Assembly (NCBI GenBank): GCA_037440925.1
Contig: JBBITF010000006.1
Location: 1-64,000 of the forward strand
DNA: 64,000 nucleotides
Reading direction: 5' to 3'
From: Chloroflexota bacterium
Lineage (GTDB): Bacteria > Chloroflexota > Anaerolineae > Anaerolineales > Villigracilaceae
Numbering within the stretch: position 1 is the stretch's first letter; the number at the start of each line of letters is the position of its first letter. The notes below the pieces were generated by a model. The model had not been told where the DNA came from. It worked only from the letters and a program-made list of their open reading frames with translations, and ran no database searches. A program made the translations under genes and the position numbers. Positions 53,739 to 62,326 of this stretch are shown in pieces.

Positions 53739-54296
53739 TTAAAGATTTTGAGAATGGGATGGAGGAAGCATCAATACTGCGATGCCGGTCGAGTCGCCGG
53801 TGTTGCGCCAGCGGTGGTAAGCGTCGCTGTTGAAAGCCAGGCTGTCGCCGGGGTTCAGGGTATAGGTTTGTCCGTCCAGTTCCAGTTCAACCTGGCCACA
53901 CAGGCATAAAATCGAGTGCCGGCGAGACGCCAGCGTTTCAGAGGGCGCAGCCGCTTTGGGCGCCGCAATCATACAGCCTGTGGTTTGAGGGGCGGTGGCC
54001 AGCAGTTGGAATGTCTGCCCGGCAATGTCGGCTTTGGCGGTGGCCTCATCTGCCCGCTGTAAGACCACAGCCGGCTTGCAAATTTCCAAAAATAGGGAAC
54101 TGGGCGTTACGCCCAGGGCGTGCGCAATTTTGCACAGGGTTTCGATACTTGGGGACACCTCGCTTCGCTCTACCATGCTGATGGTATTTGCAGACAGGTC
54201 GCACCCCCGCGCCAGTTGTTTGAGCGTCAGGCCATTTGCCTTGCGCAAGTAGCGGATCTTGTTACCTACATTGAGCCAGGTTTCGTGCGTTTTCAT
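53739..54296 (-). CDS. XRE-family HTH + cupin domain transcriptional regulator
   Basis: ORF 53739..54404, start ATG 54296 (MKTHETW). The HTH is LTLKQLARGCDLSANTISMVERSE. The C-terminal cupin is LNPGDSLAFNSDAYHRWRN. The stop is 12 nt before the HdrD-like gene. Confidence 0.85.
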   Translation of the reverse strand: MKTHETWLNVGNKIRYLRKANGLTLKQLARGCDLSANTISMVERSEVSPSIETLCKIAHALGVTPSSLFLEICKPAVVLQRADEATAKADIAGQTFQLLATAPQTTGCMIAAPKAAAPSETLASRRHSILCLCGQVELELDGQTYTLNPGDSLAFNSDAYHRWRNTGDSTGIAVLMLPPSHSQNL

Positions 54297-54460
54297 CGTT
54301 AAGACCTGAAAGAACAAGAACAATTTTCTTCTGTATCTTCTCGAAAGAGGCAGAACAGCCCTCTCGCTATTGAGAGGATACTTCTTCGACCTTTTCGGGA
54401 GCAAATTCGACTAAAGGGAGGCCTCGAAAAGAGCGTATTGTGCAAAAAAACACTATCTTT

Positions 54461-54489
54461 AATCTACCAAATTGTTGACAGGTCGTCAA
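54461..54489 (-). promoter_or_regulatory. Sigma-70-type promoter (TTGACG-N17-TAGATT) with an overlapping palindrome
   Basis: The - strand reads cTTGACGacctgtcaacaatttggTAGATTaaag. The -35 sits inside the palindrome TTGAC-aggtc-GTCAA (54475-54489). This is about 160 nt upstream of the regulator ATG. Confidence 0.45.
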
Positions 54490-54652
54490 GTATTTTGTGT
54501 ATTTTGGTTGAAATTAAGTGACAAACAACAAAAAAATTGGTTATTTTTATCCCCCCTCCTCGGCAAACTCTACAGCCGCCAGATCAGGCGCTGTTTGCAA
54601 TGGTTTGTAACTATCTTGACAATGTCACATTAAACATTTGTTCTGGTAAATC

Positions 54653-54770
54653 GCCCTCACCCGGCCCTCTCCCGGCGGGAGAGGGGGCAAATCACTTGAA
54701 TTTTCGCGTTATTGCCTCTCCCTTTGGTGGTCGAGCTTGTCGAGACCTAGGAGAGGGTTAGGGTGAGGGC
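54653..54770. repeat. Nested palindromic GC-rich element (CCCTCACCC / CCTCTCCC family)
   Basis: Outer inverted repeat GCCCTCACCC (54653-62) / GGGTGAGGGC (54761-70). Inner hairpins are CCCTCTCCC-ggc-GGGAGAGGG (54665-85) and CCTCTCC...GGAGAGG (54715-56). The 13-mer CCTCTCCCTTTGG recurs at 62272-62284. Confidence 0.5.
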
Positions 54771-54861
54771 CAAACTACCTACCCGTTGATGAAGGATTGC
54801 TAAGCAAAACGCCAAATTTATCCACAGATGATGCAGATTTCGCCGATTTTTTTCTTCAATT

Positions 54862-55043
54862 GTAACTGCCTACCTCTAACATCGGTTTGGTTTTTGGGTG
54901 AGAAAACCATCCACGAATAAACCACGAATGCTCGAATGACGGCGTGATTCGTGTATTCGTGCAGTATTCGTGGACGGTTTGCGCTCGAATATAGGCAGGG
55001 TACGACATCTGCGGATGGTTTCCGAAGCCAGGTAGGCAGTTAC
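54862..55043. mobile_element. MITE-like non-coding element with 14-bp perfect terminal inverted repeats
   Basis: GTAACTGCCTACCT (54862-75) and AGGTAGGCAGTTAC (55030-43) flank ~150 bp. The interior holds inverted CCACGAAT x2 / ATTCGTG x3 modules. No transposase is present. Confidence 0.5.
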
Positions 55044-55206
55044 CCGCTTTTTGTGTTTCGGCGGTTGATTGCACAAAAGTCAGGCTAGCAGTCTGTCGGA
55101 GAATACTTGAAAATCGCCCCAGGGGAAGTGCAGGCGCCCGACAGTGTTACTATCGGACAACGAACCGCATGGGGGTTGCGGTGAGCAAGCAGGCGTTCTG
55201 GCGCCG

Positions 55207-55926
55207 TTAGTTTGCTAAATCGAATGTAAATTCCCAGGGGCCGCTCACCGTAAAGAATTCATCGCTGAACACGATTTGCTCGGCCTCTTCCTGACTCATT
55301 GTCTCTGGCTTAGATACGATTTGCATACTTTCAGCGCCATTCACTGTTTGACATTCCAGGGTAATGGCAATGCCGCGTTCGAGAAGCGCCTGTTGAATTT
55401 TGGGCATGTAAATCGAGCAATCTTCCTCTTCGCGTGGATAGGCGGCCAACGCCTGGATGCTGACGGCGACGACGTCGAGGTTGGCGTCTGGCGGGACGTA
55501 GAATTCCAGCATGTCACAGCGCAAACCGGGTTGCCCGTCTGCGCCTGGCTCTTGCAGGCTGATGAGTGTAGTGCCATATTCTTGCACCGTCTGATCGGCA
55601 TATTTCAGGCTGGCTTTCCAAATCGTCCAATCGGAGGCGTCGGGCAGGGTGAAACACACCTCGGCATAGACTTGTTTACCTTCCTGCCAGGCGCGCGTGA
55701 TGTTGACCTGAATGCCTCCTACCGCCTGCGGGGGCGAAATCTCGGCCGCCTCGGCAGTAGGATAGGAGGCTGCAATGAATGGGGTGGCCGAAGGTTGCAT
55801 GACGATGGCCGGTAGGAGGGTCGGGGAGGGTACAGGGGCAGCCGTTTGGGATGCAGCAGTCAACGGCCCGCAGGCCAATGCGGTCAGCAGAATGCCTGCC
55901 GCAGCCAGGAAGAGTTTTTTTTCCAT
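55207..55926 (-). CDS. Lipoprotein, function unknown
   Basis: Signal peptide with lipobox LTALAC-G. TAGGAG RBS. Confidence 0.7.
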   Translation of the reverse strand: MEKKLFLAAAGILLTALACGPLTAASQTAAPVPSPTLLPAIVMQPSATPFIAASYPTAEAAEISPPQAVGGIQVNITRAWQEGKQVYAEVCFTLPDASDWTIWKASLKYADQTVQEYGTTLISLQEPGADGQPGLRCDMLEFYVPPDANLDVVAVSIQALAAYPREEEDCSIYMPKIQQALLERGIAITLECQTVNGAESMQIVSKPETMSQEEAEQIVFSDEFFTVSGPWEFTFDLAN

Positions 55927-56004
55927 GTTCTACTCCTAAAAATATTTTCTCGAAAGGTGGGGGGAGAGGTAGATGAACGCGACGCGCCTCACCCTCGCCC
56001 CAAT

Positions 56005-56913
56005 TTATTGAGGTGCGACCTTGAAAATATCTTGCAAGGCTTCTGGAAGGGTTGGGAAGCGGAAAGTATAGCCTAGTTCGAGCAGGCGGCGGGGATGGGC
56101 AAAACGCCCCTCCAGCACCAGGTTGCTCATCTCTCCCAGGGCCAGCCGCATCAAGAAGGCCGGCGCAGGCAGCCAGTAAGGACGGTGTAGGGTTTGCGCC
56201 AGTGTGCGCATGAATTCGGCGTTGGAGGTGGGCTGGGGCGCAATGAGATTGTAGGCGCCGCTGGCCTGGGGGTTGTCCATTAGGAAGCGAATAGCGCCAA
56301 TCTGGTCTGCAATGTGAATCCAGGGCAGGGCTTGCTTTCCGCTGCCCAGCGGGCCGCCTGCAAACAGGCGTACCGGCAGGGCCATCAATCGCATCAGGCT
56401 GGCATCCTGGGCCAGCACTACCGCCGTGCGGCAGATGACGCGCCGTACCCCCCATTCTTCGACGCTGCGGGTGGAATCTTCCCAGGCAACGGTCAGTTGC
56501 GCCAGATAATCGTCCGCTGCGGGCGTCGTTTCGTCGGCCGGCTGGCCGCGCAGGCCGTAATGGTTGATACCGGAGATTTGCACGAACACGCCCGGGCGGC
56601 GGTCAGCGCTGGCGATAGCGGAAGCAAGCGCCCGTCCGGGAATGACGCGCGAGTCCAGGAAGCGTTGTTTGTTGGCCTTTGTCCAGGGCCAATGATTCAA
56701 ACTGAAGCCGGTCAAATTGATTACGGCGTCCATTTCTCCTAGCAGGCGGCTCCAATCGCCCGTCGAGCGTCCATCCCAAGGGACTATTTGGGGACCCGCA
56801 GGCGTTTGTTGCGGCCGGCGCGATAGGATCCAAATTTGGTGATGATCGGTCAGTAAGGATTGGGTAAGGTGGCGGCCCAAAAAGCCGTTGCCGCCAGCAA
56901 GCAGTACTTTCAT
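56005..56913 (-). CDS. TIGR01777/YfcH-type NAD-dependent epimerase family protein (with DUF1731-type C-terminus)
   Basis: ORF 56005..56973. ATG 56913 (MKVLLAGGNGFLGRHL, Rossmann GxxGxxG) lies behind CAGGAG. Confidence 0.85.
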   Translation of the reverse strand: MKVLLAGGNGFLGRHLTQSLLTDHHQIWILSRRPQQTPAGPQIVPWDGRSTGDWSRLLGEMDAVINLTGFSLNHWPWTKANKQRFLDSRVIPGRALASAIASADRRPGVFVQISGINHYGLRGQPADETTPAADDYLAQLTVAWEDSTRSVEEWGVRRVICRTAVVLAQDASLMRLMALPVRLFAGGPLGSGKQALPWIHIADQIGAIRFLMDNPQASGAYNLIAPQPTSNAEFMRTLAQTLHRPYWLPAPAFLMRLALGEMSNLVLEGRFAHPRRLLELGYTFRFPTLPEALQDIFKVAPQ

Positions 56914-56937
56914 CGCAGAGTCTCCTGAATTCGAGTG

Positions 56938-56946
56938 TGCTATAAT
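56938..56946 (+). promoter_or_regulatory. Extended -10 promoter element TGcTATAAT upstream of the HNH gene
   Basis: TGCTATAAT ends 21 nt before ATG 56968, which implies a very short leader. Confidence 0.4.
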
Positions 56947-56967
56947 GAGCGCTATTGTGGAGTCGCC

Positions 56968-57471
56968 ATGCAAGAGCCGGTGCTGGTCTTGAATGCCAAT
57001 TTCGAGCCAATCAACGTGTGTTCCACGCGGCGGGCCATTGGCCTGATCCTTTCGGGGAAGGCCGATATGGTCGTCAATGGCCGCGGCTCTATTCGCACGG
57101 TGCGACAGGTTTTACCGCGCCCTTCGGTCATACGGCTGGAGCAGATGGTGCATCGTCCGCGCCCGCGCGTCAAGTTGACGCGCCGCGAGGTCTTTCGGCG
57201 CGATAATTATACCTGCCAGTATTGCGGACGCCGCGACCTTCCCTTGACGGTTGATCATGTGCTGCCCAAGCATTTGGGCGGGGAACATACCTGGACGAAT
57301 GTCGTAACGGCTTGCCCGGCTTGCAATCACCGCAAAGGGGGGCGCAGGTTGGAAGAAGCGCACATGACACTATTGCGCGCGCCTGAAGAACCGCCCGCCA
57401 GCGCCGCTTATTTGTATGGGCGGCATTTGACCGAGAACCTCGAATGGGCGACTTATATTTCCGGCTGGTAA
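56968..57471 (+). CDS. HNH endonuclease family protein
   Basis: CQYCGRR...VDHVLPKHLGGEHTWTNVVTACPACNHRKG is the HNH/zinc-finger motif. Confidence 0.85.
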   Translation: MQEPVLVLNANFEPINVCSTRRAIGLILSGKADMVVNGRGSIRTVRQVLPRPSVIRLEQMVHRPRPRVKLTRREVFRRDNYTCQYCGRRDLPLTVDHVLPKHLGGEHTWTNVVTACPACNHRKGGRRLEEAHMTLLRAPEEPPASAAYLYGRHLTENLEWATYISGW

Positions 57472-57496
57472 TAGGCAGGCTAGATCACCGCCAGCC

Positions 57497-58351
57497 TCAA
57501 GCCTTTTTCAGCACGGCCGCCGCTGCATAGCCTACTACCGCGGCGTAATCGCCGGTGACGTCGCCAGAGGTAGCATGGCGTAGTATTTGCACTGTATCTG
57601 CGCCCAGTTCACGCGCCGCCCACAACACCGCCGCCATGGCGGCATGACCGCAAGCAAAGCCTTTGCCGCTGCGCTCGGCCTGGAAAATGCCTTCTGGAGA
57701 AAAGGCCTCCACCTCTGCCAACATGGTTCGATCGAGGTGCAGGGCTGCCTTCTGGTCGTAGAAGTGGGAAAGGTCAGTGCTGGCGACCAGCATGGCATTC
57801 TTGCCACGCAATATTGCGGCCAACGCCTTCCCCAATGCCTGCGAGACGTCCTGTTGTTGAGAACGCACCATCACCGGCAGTAAGCGGAAATTTCCGCTCA
57901 GCGCGCGCTGTAAGAACGGCAGTTCGATTTCCAGCGAATGCTCCGGGTCATTCGACACGGCGCTCAGGCCAAAGCCTACGCTGACTTGTAAGGTTTGATT
58001 CAATTGTTCCACCGCTTCTCTGTCCACCGGTACAAGGCCTAACGGCGTGGCGTAGGCGGCGTGAGCGGTGGTGAGCAACGGCTCTCGGTAGGGGTGGTGC
58101 ATGGGCGCAATCACGGCAACCACGTCGAAGGAGCGGCCGCGCAGGGCGGCAAAGGCATAGCCCGCTACGGGGCCAGAATAGCGGTGACCGGCATGAGGCG
58201 CAATGACAGCCACCACTTCGCCGGGTAAATCTGGCAGGTGGGCTTCGTCCATGTAAGTATCCACGCTGTGCGCCAGGGACTGAGGGTCGCCCTCATACCA
58301 GGTCCCGGCAATGGGCGAGGGGCGCGCACTAGAAATAACTTGCATAGACAT
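57497..58351 (-). CDS. MEMO1/AmmeMemoRadiSam system protein B family
   Basis: AGTWYEGDP, IAPHAGHRYSGPVAGYAF and STDLSHF are Memo-family motifs. ATG 58351 is preferred because GGAGG lies 10 nt upstream; the ORF begins at 58366. Confidence 0.85.
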   Translation of the reverse strand: MSMQVISSARPSPIAGTWYEGDPQSLAHSVDTYMDEAHLPDLPGEVVAVIAPHAGHRYSGPVAGYAFAALRGRSFDVVAVIAPMHHPYREPLLTTAHAAYATPLGLVPVDREAVEQLNQTLQVSVGFGLSAVSNDPEHSLEIELPFLQRALSGNFRLLPVMVRSQQQDVSQALGKALAAILRGKNAMLVASTDLSHFYDQKAALHLDRTMLAEVEAFSPEGIFQAERSGKGFACGHAAMAAVLWAARELGADTVQILRHATSGDVTGDYAAVVGYAAAAVLKKA

Positions 58352-58405
58352 TTCTAAAGCCTCCATCTCTATTATACGACTGCGGGGCTTATTTTAGATT
58401 GGCAA

Positions 58406-58434
58406 TTGACGAGGTTTTCGAGCCATGCTATCAT
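58406..58434 (+). promoter_or_regulatory. Sigma-70-type promoter TTGACG-N17-TATCAT with a TGc extended -10
   Basis: aTTGACGaggttttcgagccaTGcTATCATg. This predicts a ~140-nt leader before the PIN/TRAM-cysS genes. Confidence 0.5.
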
Positions 58435-58583
58435 GCAGGCATTATTCTCTCTCATTATATTCGGTTCTTTACCAAAGCGATCTTCTCAAAGAGAATGGGC
58501 GAAGCAGAATTTTTGGGTGTGCCAGGCGCGCCGAAAACATCTGCACCCCAATTGATTGAGAGGATCCCCAAAGGAGTTATTCT

Positions 58584-59657
58584 ATGAGTATTGAATTTGT
58601 TTTACGTATTATCGGAATGATTGTCTTTGCAATCATGGGCGGCTACGGAGGAGACATCCTAGGGCGCGTTGATCCTCGCCAGAGATTATTCTACATTGTA
58701 CTACTTGGGTTAGTAGGGGCGCTGGCCGGTCTCATCTTAACTCCCTATCTTACCACGCGCCCGGCGCGCGCCATGCGCGCTCGGCTGGGACGCCTGGCCG
58801 CAGAGACCTTGTTTGCCGGCTTGATTGGGTTGGTGGTCGGTTTGTTGATCGCGGCGCTGCTGGCCTTTCCGCTTTCGCTCCTGCCTGACCCTTTTGGCAG
58901 TATCCTGCCTTTTGTGGGGGTGGTTGTCTTTGGCTACCTGTCGGTGTCCCTGTTTATCATGCGCCAAGGCGACATCATGAGCCTGATCAGCGCCCTGGGG
59001 GGGCGCAACGAAGGCGGCGGCTCTTCTGCCTGGACAAACTTGAACCGCACCATCCTGCTCGATACCAGCGTTATCATTGATGGGCGCGTAGCCGATATTG
59101 TCAAATCGGGTTTCCTGCCTGGCACCTTGTTGATTCCCCGCTTTGTGCTGAACGAATTGCAATATATCGCCGACTCGCCCGACGGCCTGCGTCGTCAGCG
59201 TGGACGGCGCGGCATGGAAGTGTTGGCCGAATTGCAAAAACAGCCCAACATCCTGACGCGCGTCAGCGACATAGACGTGGAAGGGATGCGCGAGGTGGAC
59301 GACAAACTGGTCGTTTTGGCGCGCCAGTTGAAATGTCCCATCCTGACCAATGACTACAACCTGAACCGTATTGCCGAATTGCAGGGCGTCACCATTTTGA
59401 ACATCAACGAACTGGCCAATGCCGTCAAATCGGTGGTGCTGCCTGGCGAGATTTTGCGCATCAACGTCATCCAGGAAGGCAAAGAACGCGACCAGGGCGT
59501 TGGCTACATGGACGACGGCACAATGGTGGTGGTCGAGAATGGCCGCGATTGTATCGGCGAATACTGCGAAGTCAGCGTCACCAAGGTCTTGCAGACCGCC
59601 GCCGGCCGCATGATCTTTGCCAGGGTGGAGGAAGAAAAGAACAACAAGAAGAAATAA
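58584..59657 (+). CDS. PIN + TRAM domain membrane-associated protein (YacL-like)
   Basis: N-terminal TM helices, a PIN core ([12 protein letters not shown]...TNDYNLN) and a C-terminal TRAM region ([14 protein letters not shown]). AAAGGAG RBS. Confidence 0.85.
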   Translation: MSIEFVLRIIGMIVFAIMGGYGGDILGRVDPRQRLFYIVLLGLVGALAGLILTPYLTTRPARAMRARLGRLAAETLFAGLIGLVVGLLIAALLAFPLSLLPDPFGSILPFVGVVVFGYLSVSLFIMRQGDIMSLISALGGRNEGGGSSAWTNLNRTILLDTSVIIDGRVADIVKSGFLPGTLLIPRFVLNELQYIADSPDGLRRQRGRRGMEVLAELQKQPNILTRVSDIDVEGMREVDDKLVVLARQLKCPILTNDYNLNRIAELQGVTILNINELANAVKSVVLPGEILRINVIQEGKERDQGVGYMDDGTMVVVENGRDCIGEYCEVSVTKVLQTAAGRMIFARVEEEKNNKKK

Positions 59658-59661
59658 TCCT

Positions 59662-61059
59662 ATGATCCGTGTCTACAACACCCTCACCCGTCAAAAAGAA
59701 GACTTTGTGACTATTGAACCGGGCAAGGTCCGCATGTACGTATGCGGACCCACCGTCTACAGCGACGCGCACGTCGGCCATGCTATGTCGGCGTTGGTGT
59801 TCGACATCATTCGCCGCTACCTCGAATATCGCGGCTACCAGGTCAAGCACGTCATGAACTATACCGACGTGGACGATAAAATCATCAAACGCGCCAACGA
59901 AATGGGCGTTGACCCTTTCCAACTCTCCCAAAAATACATCCAAGATTTCGACCGCAGCCTCGAAGACCTCAACATCCTGCCTCCCAGCGCCAAGCCGCAG
60001 GTCAGCAAGACCATGCCGCAAATCATCGCCTTTGTGCAGGGCCTCATCGAAAAAGGCTATGCCTATGCGGCTCCCAATGGCGATGTGTACTTCCATGTCA
60101 CGCGCGACGAAGACTATGGCAAATTGTCGGGCCGCAAATTAGACCAAATGCAGGCCGGCGCGCGTATCGAAATCGGCGAACAAAAAGAACACCCGATGGA
60201 CTTTGCCCTGTGGAAAGCCGCCAAACCCGGCGAACCGGCCTGGGATTCACCCTGGGGTAAAGGCCGCCCCGGCTGGCACATCGAATGCTCCGCCATGAAC
60301 CTGGCCGAACTGGGCGAACAAATTGACATTCACGGCGGCGGCAACGACCTCATCTTCCCACACCACGAAAACGAAATCGCCCAGACCGAATGCTACACCG
60401 GCAAACCCTTTGCCCGCTATTGGATACACAACGGCATGTTACAACTGGGCGGCGAGAAAATGTCCAAATCACTTGGCAACATCATCAGCATCCAAGAATT
60501 CCTCCGCCAGCGAGACGCAGATGTGATGCGGATGCTGGTGTTGAATGGCGCCTACCGCGCCCCGCTTCTGTTCACGGACGAGACGCTGGACGCTGCCGAA
60601 AACGGCCTCGCCCGCCTCAAAACCGGACTTCGACCCGCTCTGCCCAACTCAAAGGGAATCTCCGCCGCAAGCGCCGCTGAACTTGCCTCCCAGGCCGAAT
60701 CTGCAAAAGCAGCCTTCATCGCCGCTATGGACGACGACTTCAACACTGCCGGCGCCCTGGCCCCGCTGTATGAACTGGTCAAAGCCATCAACACCGCCCG
60801 CGATGCCGGCGCCGCGCCTGAACAACTTGCCCCCGCCCAAACCATCTTGCGCGAACTCACTGCTGTACTCGGCCTGCGCCTCACCCAAAAGACCGCTGCC
60901 GGCGAGGCCGACAAATTCATCGAACTGTTGCTCGAAGTGCGCAGCGAAGCGCGCAAACAAAAACTATGGGCTTTGTCAGATATGATTCGCGATAGGCTCA
61001 AAGACCTGGGCGTGATCGTCGAGGACGGCAAAGAAGGAACGATATGGAGATGGGGATAA
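59662..61059 (+). CDS. cysS: Cysteine--tRNA ligase
   Basis: HIGH-type motif HVGHA, KMSKS present, WHIECSAM zinc-site motif. Confidence 0.95.
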   Translation: MIRVYNTLTRQKEDFVTIEPGKVRMYVCGPTVYSDAHVGHAMSALVFDIIRRYLEYRGYQVKHVMNYTDVDDKIIKRANEMGVDPFQLSQKYIQDFDRSLEDLNILPPSAKPQVSKTMPQIIAFVQGLIEKGYAYAAPNGDVYFHVTRDEDYGKLSGRKLDQMQAGARIEIGEQKEHPMDFALWKAAKPGEPAWDSPWGKGRPGWHIECSAMNLAELGEQIDIHGGGNDLIFPHHENEIAQTECYTGKPFARYWIHNGMLQLGGEKMSKSLGNIISIQEFLRQRDADVMRMLVLNGAYRAPLLFTDETLDAAENGLARLKTGLRPALPNSKGISAASAAELASQAESAKAAFIAAMDDDFNTAGALAPLYELVKAINTARDAGAAPEQLAPAQTILRELTAVLGLRLTQKTAAGEADKFIELLLEVRSEARKQKLWALSDMIRDRLKDLGVIVEDGKEGTIWRWG

Positions 61060-61070
61060 CTGACTCCACC

Positions 61071-61814
61071 ATGAAAAAACAACGAGAATTTCTCAAAGCC
61101 TATCGCTGGGACAGGTTTGCAAGCGAGCAAACCCCTCAGCGCCAGAACGTGCCTCCGCCTCCACTCCAAAAGCCCTACCCTAAGGATGCAGAACGCATTG
61201 ATCTGGTGACACCGGACGATTTTCAGGTAGGAAAAGCGCCCCTGCTGGAGGTCATCCGCTCCCGCAAGAGCCACAGGGCCTACACAGACGATCCCCTCTC
61301 ACTGGAAGAATTGTCGTTCTTGCTGTGGGCCACCCAAGGCATACGGGAGGTATCACAAGACGGCAAATATACCAGGCGGACGGTGCCATCGGGCGGAGCG
61401 CGCCATTCGTTCGAAACGTACCTGCTGGTGAGTCGCGTAGAACGCCTGGCGCCCGGCTTGTATCGCTACCTGCCTATCGAGCATAAGTTACTTTTTCTCC
61501 ATCCTGTGAACAACCTGGCTGAACAAGTTAGCGCAGGCTGCCGCGACCAGAAGTTTGTTGGCAATGCAGCGGTGGTATTCGTGTGGACAACCCTCCCTTA
61601 CCGGGCAGAGTGGCGCTATGGTCTGGTTGCGCACAAGATGATTGCCATGGATGCCGGCCATGTATGCCAAAACCTGTACCTGGCTTGCGGCGCAATTGGG
61701 GCTGGCGCCTGCGCCGTGGATGCCTATAACCAGGACAAAATGGACGCCCTGGTAGATGTGGATGGAGAAGATGAATTTGTAGTCTACGTTGCGCCGGTAG
61801 GGAAGGTCAGGTGA
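61071..61814 (+). CDS. SagB/ThcOx-type nitroreductase-family dehydrogenase
   Basis: RSRKSHRAY, LSFLLWATQG and PSGGARHSFETYL are typical of SagB-type nitroreductase-fold proteins. ATG 61071 was chosen because ATG 61044 would overlap cysS. Confidence 0.8.
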   Translation: MKKQREFLKAYRWDRFASEQTPQRQNVPPPPLQKPYPKDAERIDLVTPDDFQVGKAPLLEVIRSRKSHRAYTDDPLSLEELSFLLWATQGIREVSQDGKYTRRTVPSGGARHSFETYLLVSRVERLAPGLYRYLPIEHKLLFLHPVNNLAEQVSAGCRDQKFVGNAAVVFVWTTLPYRAEWRYGLVAHKMIAMDAGHVCQNLYLACGAIGAGACAVDAYNQDKMDALVDVDGEDEFVVYVAPVGKVR

Positions 61815-61820
61815 ACGGCG

Positions 61821-62309
61821 ATGAACGCTACGCACGGCACATACATCCTCTTGCTGCACAACCAGGCGCAAATCAAAGTTCAAGTGGGCCGTTTGCGAGA
61901 GATTGTGTTCGAACCAGGCTACTACCTTTATGTGGGCAGCGCATTCGGGCCGGGGGGCGTGCGTGCGCGGGTGCTGCGTCATTGCCGCCGTCATAAGCCC
62001 CTTCACTGGCACATAGATTACCTGAGCGCAGTGACTACTCCTTTGGGCGCATGGTACTGTCATGCAGCGACGCCGCTCGAACATGACTGGGCTGGCGCCT
62101 TACAGAAAATGGACGGTTTTTTGCCCATTTTGGGGTTTGGATGCAGCGATTGCAAGTGCGCTTCACATCTCTTTCATACACTTACCCCACCAGACCTGGC
62201 GCAATTTCCAGGCGTTGCAGGGCAAGAAGACCCTAAAGGTTTGCCTTACTATCGCAACCTCTATCTGCCCGCCTCTCCCTTTGGGAGAGTGTTGGTACCT
62301 TACAACTGA
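61821..62309 (+). CDS. DUF123 / GIY-YIG-like (Uri superfamily) protein
   Basis: GTYILLL...GYYLYVGSA...HWHIDYL is the DUF123 pattern. The last ~15 codons run into the CCTCTCCCTTTGGGAGAG hairpin, so the native C-terminus is uncertain. Confidence 0.7.
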   Translation: MNATHGTYILLLHNQAQIKVQVGRLREIVFEPGYYLYVGSAFGPGGVRARVLRHCRRHKPLHWHIDYLSAVTTPLGAWYCHAATPLEHDWAGALQKMDGFLPILGFGCSDCKCASHLFHTLTPPDLAQFPGVAGQEDPKGLPYYRNLYLPASPFGRVLVPYN

Positions 62310-62326
62310 AATTCTTGTTTTTTGGT

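Noticed and set aside
54537-55076. Short ORFs (74 aa on the + strand; 72 and 66 aa on the - strand) between the regulator and the lipoprotein gene
   Set aside because: They are translations of the palindromic GC-rich repeat and of the MITE-like element (for example SPSPGPLPAGEGA...). They are repeat-derived, not genes.
58508-58530. T-box-like sequence AATTTTTGGGTGTGCCAGGCGCG upstream of the PIN/TRAM-cysS genes
   Set aside because: It only partly matches the AAnnnGGGTGGnACCGCG consensus (the UGGN tRNA-acceptor pairing box is not intact). The leader is too short for a Stem I with a specifier loop, and no Cys codon is presented in an obvious loop. It is kept only as a low-interest leader observation.
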